This document shows, piece after piece, positions 57,801 to 64,000 of a DNA stretch of 64,000 nucleotides. Each line of letters starts with the position of its first letter. The first letter of the stretch is position 1. Below the pieces are notes generated by a model that was given only the letters and a program-made list of their open reading frames with translations, ran no database searches and had not been told where the DNA came from. The DNA lies in assembly GCF_009914755.1 (NCBI RefSeq), contig NC_060932.1; one strand, given 5' to 3'. The position numbers and the translations under genes were made by a program. Source of the stretch: the human T2T-CHM13v2.0 reference genome, Homo sapiens.

Positions 57801-60799
57801 GAAGGTAATATGGTTCAGCAAGTCTAGGAAAGGGAGAGGGAGACTCTGTATGGTAGTACACTGCTTCCTCACCATTTTCATGTCAGAGAACACACACAGG
57901 TACAAACACACACACTTGAGTGCGTGCACTTCTGGAGAGACTTACATCCTTCAACACTTTGGAGAAAATTGGAAAGAAAATGATAAGTCTAGTCTCTCAC
58001 TCCTTCTGATACTTTAAAAAATACATTATTTAAGGTTGTTGCACAGGTGTTTCCTTAGAGATGGTTTTAAAGTAAACAGTGTTACCGTGAATGTGTTATT
58101 TGGTTTCCACAATTCTTGAAGCAAACTTGACTGGAGTCAGACTTTCCAGAGCGGCATTATTATGATGTTCCTAAAAAAGCTAAATTCATTTTCCTTTTTA
58201 AAAATAAACTAATATTATTTTACACAAACTGCACACCATGCATAACTGAAAGCTGAGTATAAACAGTATAATTCTTTTTCCTCCATATAGTTTTATATAA
58301 GGAATTCAAAGAGGATTGTCAGCTATTAAAAATAGCAGTAACTGGGTAAAAGAGAAATGGTGCACACTGAAATACTAGTGATGCAAACTCAAGAAGATTA
58401 AACATTTTGTTCATGAATTTGGTGAAAAATAATGGTTGGTTTAATGGCAACGTAAAATTCGGACTTTATCCCAGTTTGAGTTTAATAAGCTAAAGTGACC
58501 ATCATTCAATCTAGTATTAAAGATTTTGTGAGTCAAATATACTTTTTTCCCTATAATATCAGCAATCTACATCTTAACCATATTTTATGAATATCAAATC
58601 ATCAGTATTTATTTACTGATTTTTTCCCCATATATTTGGAAGTCTTAAAGCCATTGTAGGCAAAACATATTATTATTTGTCTGTGAACACAAGCAATGCA
58701 CACAAATAAGCTGGAGCTTTAATAACATTCTGTGTCCCAAATAGACATGTAATGTAATAAAATGTTTGTAGTTGATATTAAATGTAATAGATTAGGCTAG
58801 GAGTGAGTCATATTCTACTCTACCTCCATTGGACCTACAATCTAATTAGACTGTTCACAGTAAATTTGTTGCCTTGTTAGTTAGGTTCGCTCCAAGTGCT
58901 AATTTTATACACCAAATAAACAATGCCAGGCACATCCTGACAATGGAATATTTGTGTTTGAGAAAGACAATTCACATCAAAGAACAATCAGTCTGGAATG
59001 TAGGAAATGGCTTAATACATCTGTGATGAGACATCAGCTTATGTACTGAAGAGGTCGTAACACTCAATAAGTCGGGCTTGTACAGTCAAAGCAGGGGAAT
59101 AGACAACAAGAGAACTGAGAGTATGAAGCTGAGTGGGCTTGTATATTAGTAAGTCCTGCGAGGAGATAAGTTGGGAATGAGAATTTCTCTACCTGTCTTT
59201 CATTCTTTATGAGAAAAGAAAACTTAGGTACCCATCTCCTGTGGGAAACTTAACTCTGCTTAGAAAGTTCTTCCTGTGATAACTGTATCCCAAATGTCTG
59301 ACAAAAGATGCCCTACAAAATTGCATTATACAAGGTAAACTTGATCCAATGTCACAGTCTGGGGGAAAAATAGTCTGCATGATCAGAGTTAGATACTGAA
59401 AGAAGAAAAGGACCACTTGGGAAGATGAGCAGGTGAGAAAGGTAGAATTTTGAGGAATATAACACGTGGTTGCTGGAAGAAGTCCCTCTGTGATGACAAT
59501 ATATACACAAGAAGAGATTCCCAGTGTCCAGAAATTATTTCATAACTAGATTTTTGATGAAAGGCTAGATCTGAGGATAAAAGTTTAGAGAAGCCTATGG
59601 TATTTACACATTTACTGAAGGAGTATGTATGGGAAATGAAGAGAGGAGGACAGAGCTTGCCCTAGTCAGGTATGCAAATATTTTCCAACTTAAAGGCTCA
59701 AAGGGGAGACTAAAGTTTATTTTTTTAATATTCAATTGCAACATATACAAGTAGTTTTGCTTAAGAGAAAAAGTCAATGTTAGAATGAATGTCCTCTCAT
59801 TTCATTTTATAAAGCTTTCACTGATGGGTTTTCCGGCATTGTAGACCTCTCCTGTGTCATCCATATTGTGGTTCTATGTATTCTGAAGGGAGTTGCAGTT
59901 GACTTGCAATTTCTCATCCAGTATTAACCTTAATTTATGCACTCATGTGATAGTTCTCAAATAGTTGTCTCATCAGAACAAGTAAGGCTGCAATAGCACT
60001 TTTTAAATGTTACTAAATTTCTTTTTTTTCTGCCCAGCTTCTGTGGAAAACACTTTCAAGTTCATTAGATCAAACTTGTTGAGAATGGCTGACATCTGAG
60101 AATCAAACCAACACTCCTCAGCATTGAGTCAAAAAGTCACAGAAGGTATTGTTTAAACCTCCTTAAGATGGCCTTGAACCTCCTTAAGATAGCAAAGAGA
60201 GAATAAGGGCTAGAGCCATTCCATAGAATAGATAGATTATTTTGGGGGAAAATAAGATCTTTGGAATTTTATATTTTCAAGGACAAAAGTTAAGAAAGAA
60301 TAGCAAGAAATGAATATATGATGAACATTTTAAAACATATAGTACCTGGGGTAAATTCATGGTAAGAGATCCTTAGTTAAATATATGTTTTATGGCACTT
60401 TGGTTAGCTTATAGACTAACCTGAGTTTTAAAATGAGTCTTACTACAGTAAAATTTCAGATATCTGGTTGTCTCAGAGAATAAGAAATTTGTGTGCATTC
60501 AAATTCCAAGCATAGAAGCTTTAGAATGAGGACAGTATAATTATGGCCGAAAGTGCTGCCACTAAAAGTGTGGCTGCTGCTTCCTTTGGATAGTGTTACT
60601 AAGCAATGGCTTCCCAGCCAAGGACTACATGTTTAGGTGTCTTATGCCAAAAGTTATGGTCATGCGACATAACTTCAAAATATCAACAAAGGCAATTACA
60701 TGGATGCCTTTTTCCTTCTACTTCCTGCAGAGTGTGAACAGGTGGTTCCTGGAGATTAAAAAGCGATCTTAGTGTTGTCTGCAGTGACTATGGGGAAGC

Positions 60800-61560
60800 T
60801 ATTGCATAAAAAAGCAGGGTTTCACTGAGGGAGTACTTGAAATGATGGGAGTAGATGAGACCACCGGGGGAAAGTTTATAGAATGAAAACAGTAGTAGGT
60901 TAAAGACAGAAGCCTAAGAAATACCGATACGCAAAAGATAAGAGGGGAATATAAGAAAAGCACATAAATAACTTGCATTGATTGGTGAAGGCCCTTAAAT
61001 AGAGGAACACTGGCCAGAGACCTGGAAGGGACTATTGTGTCAGTGACGGGGAGTAGAGAGTTTGAAGTGGGCAATGAGTGTTTTGCTGTTAGCACTGGCA
61101 ATAATACAGGGGCACAAAAGTATTCTTTCATTTTGAAACTTTGCAGTTTTGGGAATGACTTGACAATAACTTCAAATGGATGTTGGGGGCAAAATTTTGA
61201 GTGTGTTTTGAATAAGGAAAGAGAAGTGGGGAAGTAAGCACCATGGAGTAGACAGCTCCACAGAAGGTTCAATGCAAAGGGAGAAGGGAGGCTTTATGGA
61301 AGAGATCACAGGCTCAAAGGAGGGGATGCGGGCACATTTATTGGTTGAAAGAATGAATTCTGTAAAGGGAGTAAAACAACAAAGATGACAGGGAGGAGAT
61401 CAGATAGTTTAGCCTGGTCCTAGAGAAGGTAGGAGATGAAATTTAAAATGCAGGTAATGGAACTGGATTTAAAGAAGAAAGGGACAGATTTGTATCCTTG
61501 GATTAAAGCAATTAAGGATGATTGCTGAGGTTGGCAAATTTGCAGTGAGAAAGAGGCATA
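60800..61560 (-). mobile_element. Degraded L2
   Basis: Purine-rich antisense L2-like stretch (gatgagaccacc.., gacagaagcctaagaaatacc). Confidence 0.45.
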
Positions 61561-62427
61561 AATTGAACCATGTCCACATTCAGTTTTCCTCTAGCCTCCA
61601 TATAATAAAAGATACAATTGGCTGCCTTGAAAGACAGATTGGTGGTTGTATTGCTCGCATCAACTCTGGCAAATCATCCAACCATCTAAATAACCAATTG
61701 GCAAATATTAATCTAGAATTTACTACATTCTAGTAACTTTAAGAAGTATAGTAGCAAACAAGACATGCATGTTACTCTTTTCTCCTTTATAGAGATTTTG
61801 ATGTAGTAGGAAATGTTACTAAATTACAATTGATTAAAATATATCTCTTTAGAAAATAAGAGAATGGGATTTAAGTGTTTATCAGATTGTTTCTTACTAA
61901 GTAGTTAAACAAATCTGAGGGATTTAACACAAACAAGGGAGCAGACCAATTTACAGTTTGTGGTTTATATTTATCATCATCTGCTATCAGATTAATATTA
62001 AACTTGAAAATTCAAATGCATGACAGAAGTAGCAAAATAGGACTTTATATTGTAATGAAGTGCATATTTACAAGAATAAATATAATTGCAATGTCTGTAC
62101 TCAAATGGATATTTAGTAAAGAATTATGGTCAATAGCAAAGGCCTCTTGAAAATTTCAAAGTGACATGATAAATGTAGAATTCTGCTACTGTTATAATAG
62201 TCAAATCTTTATTATTTGCTTGCTGTCTTTCTCTTACTCTCTCAAAAGTCTGTGTCTATGTACATATTCTTTAGTTGTGTCAGAGTAAATTAGTTACCTT
62301 AAATCTACACTATTGACTTACTAGTGACTCAGTTGTCCCTACACCAGAAATAAATCATCTAAGGTTAAAAGTTTCTTCATAAATTTGCAAATTAATTTAT
62401 TAAAAACTTGAGACATTTTTAAAAAAT

Positions 62428-62590
62428 TAATATTTATTTATGTTTATTATACTTTAAGTCCTGGGATACATGTGCAGAACGTTCAGGTTTGTTACACAGA
62501 TATACACATGCTATGATGGTTTGCTGCACCCATCAACCTGTCATCTACATTAGGTATTTCTCCTAATGCTATCCCTCCCCTTGCCCTCAC
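62428..62590 (-). mobile_element. L1PA7-like 3' end
   Basis: attatactttaagtcctgggatacatgtgcagaacg...gtttgctgcacccatcaacc. Confidence 0.9.
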
Positions 62591-62658
62591 AGTGAAGACT
62601 TTTTTCATATTCAAAAAATACTAAATAACTTGGGGTTTATTTTAAAAAAATACATAGT

Positions 62659-63076
62659 TGATATAGTTCGGATGTTTGTCTCATCCAAATCTCAAGATGA
62701 AATGTAATTCCCAATATTGAATGTGGGGAATAGTGGAAGGTATTGGATCATGGGATGGATCCCTCATGAATGGCTTGGTACCCTTCTCACAGTAGTGAGT
62801 GAGTTCTCGCTCTGAGTTGATGCCAGATCTGGTTGTTCAAAAGAGTGTGGCATCCTCGTTCCCCCACGGCTTGCTCCCACTGTAGCCATGTAATGCACTC
62901 CTCCACCTTCACTTTCTGCCATGATTGGAAATTTCCTGAGGCCCTCACCAGAAGTAGAAGCAGACACCACACTTCTTGTACACCCTGCAGAACTGAAAGC
63001 CAATGAAACATCTTTACTTTATAAATTATCCAGTCTCAGGAATTCCTATATAACAATGCAAGAATGGACTGAAACA
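62659..63076 (+). mobile_element. MSTB-like solo LTR
   Basis: tgatatagttcggatgtttgtc...gaatggactgaaaca; perfect TSD ATAGT. Confidence 0.88.
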
Positions 63077-63193
63077 ATAGTATAAAATTAGTGTAACTTC
63101 TGATCATGGTTCCACTTTTTATTACAGACCTTCAATTTTCTAGAAATAAAGGAAAGTGTTAATTATAAACATTTTCACAATGACTAAAGTAGT

Positions 63194-63550
63194 TGATATG
63201 GTTTGGCTCTGTGTCCCCACCCAAACCTCACCTTGAATTGTAGTAATCCCCACTTGTCAAGGGCAGGACCAGATTGAGATAATTAAATCATGGGGGTGGT
63301 TTCCCCAATGCTGTTCTCATGATAGTGAGTGAGTTCTCAGGAGATCTGATGGTTTTATAAGAGGCTTCCCCCTTTGCTTGGCCCTCATTCTCTCTCCTGT
63401 CCTCTTGTGAAGAGGTGCCTTCTGCCATGACTGTAAGTTTACTGAGGCCTACCCAGCCATGTGAATCTGTGAGCCATTTAAACCTCTTTTCTTTATAAAC
63501 TACCCAGTCTTGGGTATTCCTTCATAGCAGCCTGAGAATGGACTAATACA
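63194..63550 (+). mobile_element. THE1C/D-like solo LTR
   Basis: tgatatggtttggctctgtgtcccc...gaatggactaataca; perfect TSD GTAGT. Confidence 0.92.
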
Positions 63551-64000
63551 GTAGTTTTACGGCGTGAAATGTCATGAGCCAGTAAAGAAAAATAATTATT
63601 CAATCAGTGAAAATCTGTTCTTCAGTAAAGGATGTCTTTAGGTCAGCTTGTGCTACAGGTACAAGAAATGATTATTCTAAAAAAATTATCATCCCCAGGC
63701 AAGAGATCCTTATCCTTCAAGGCAAGAGAGATGGAGCTATTGGAATATTCTTTTTCCTTGATCAAAATATCCTTCATCGGGGAAATATTCTCTTGCAAAA
63801 ATACCACAGCTGTCTGGTAAGCCATTTATGACACAGCCTTAAACCCTTTGAAGGTAAGTAACACAATTTGATGTATATATTCATTTGTCATTTATAAACT
63901 ATTTTATAGTTGCCCTATTTCCTCAAAAAGAGTACTGCTTCATGGCAGAAAATATGTAAGCTCTTTCTCTCTTCTACAATGCCTGGCAGAATATTGGATA

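Overview
This is AT-rich primate (human-like) genomic DNA that looks intergenic or deep-intronic. I found no credible protein-coding exon, RNA gene, CpG island or prokaryotic feature. The ORFs in the track are either chance ORFs or decayed transposon frames (Alu, L1 ORF2, Tigger1 transposase, ERVL gag/pol/dUTPase). Much of the window is interspersed repeat: Alus (many with visible TSDs), young and old L1 fragments, L2, MaLR/ERVL/ERV1 LTRs, and a ~9.5-kb nested THE1-ERVL-Tigger1-L1-MER50-MLT2 composite at 19.6-29.1 kb. Subfamily names come from my recall of consensus sequences and need RepeatMasker/Dfam confirmation. The signals that repeat families do not explain are local templated rearrangements. 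(1) A ~455-bp, ~96%-identical inverted duplication (48595-49049 / 50435-50886) flanks a 1.4-kb spacer, and its junctions fit an inversion-with-duplication origin. (2) A direct-plus-inverted template-switch insertion sits inside ERVL pol. (3) A ~230-bp copy of flanking DNA was inserted into an MLT2 LTR. I did not find a new coding or multi-gene biological system.
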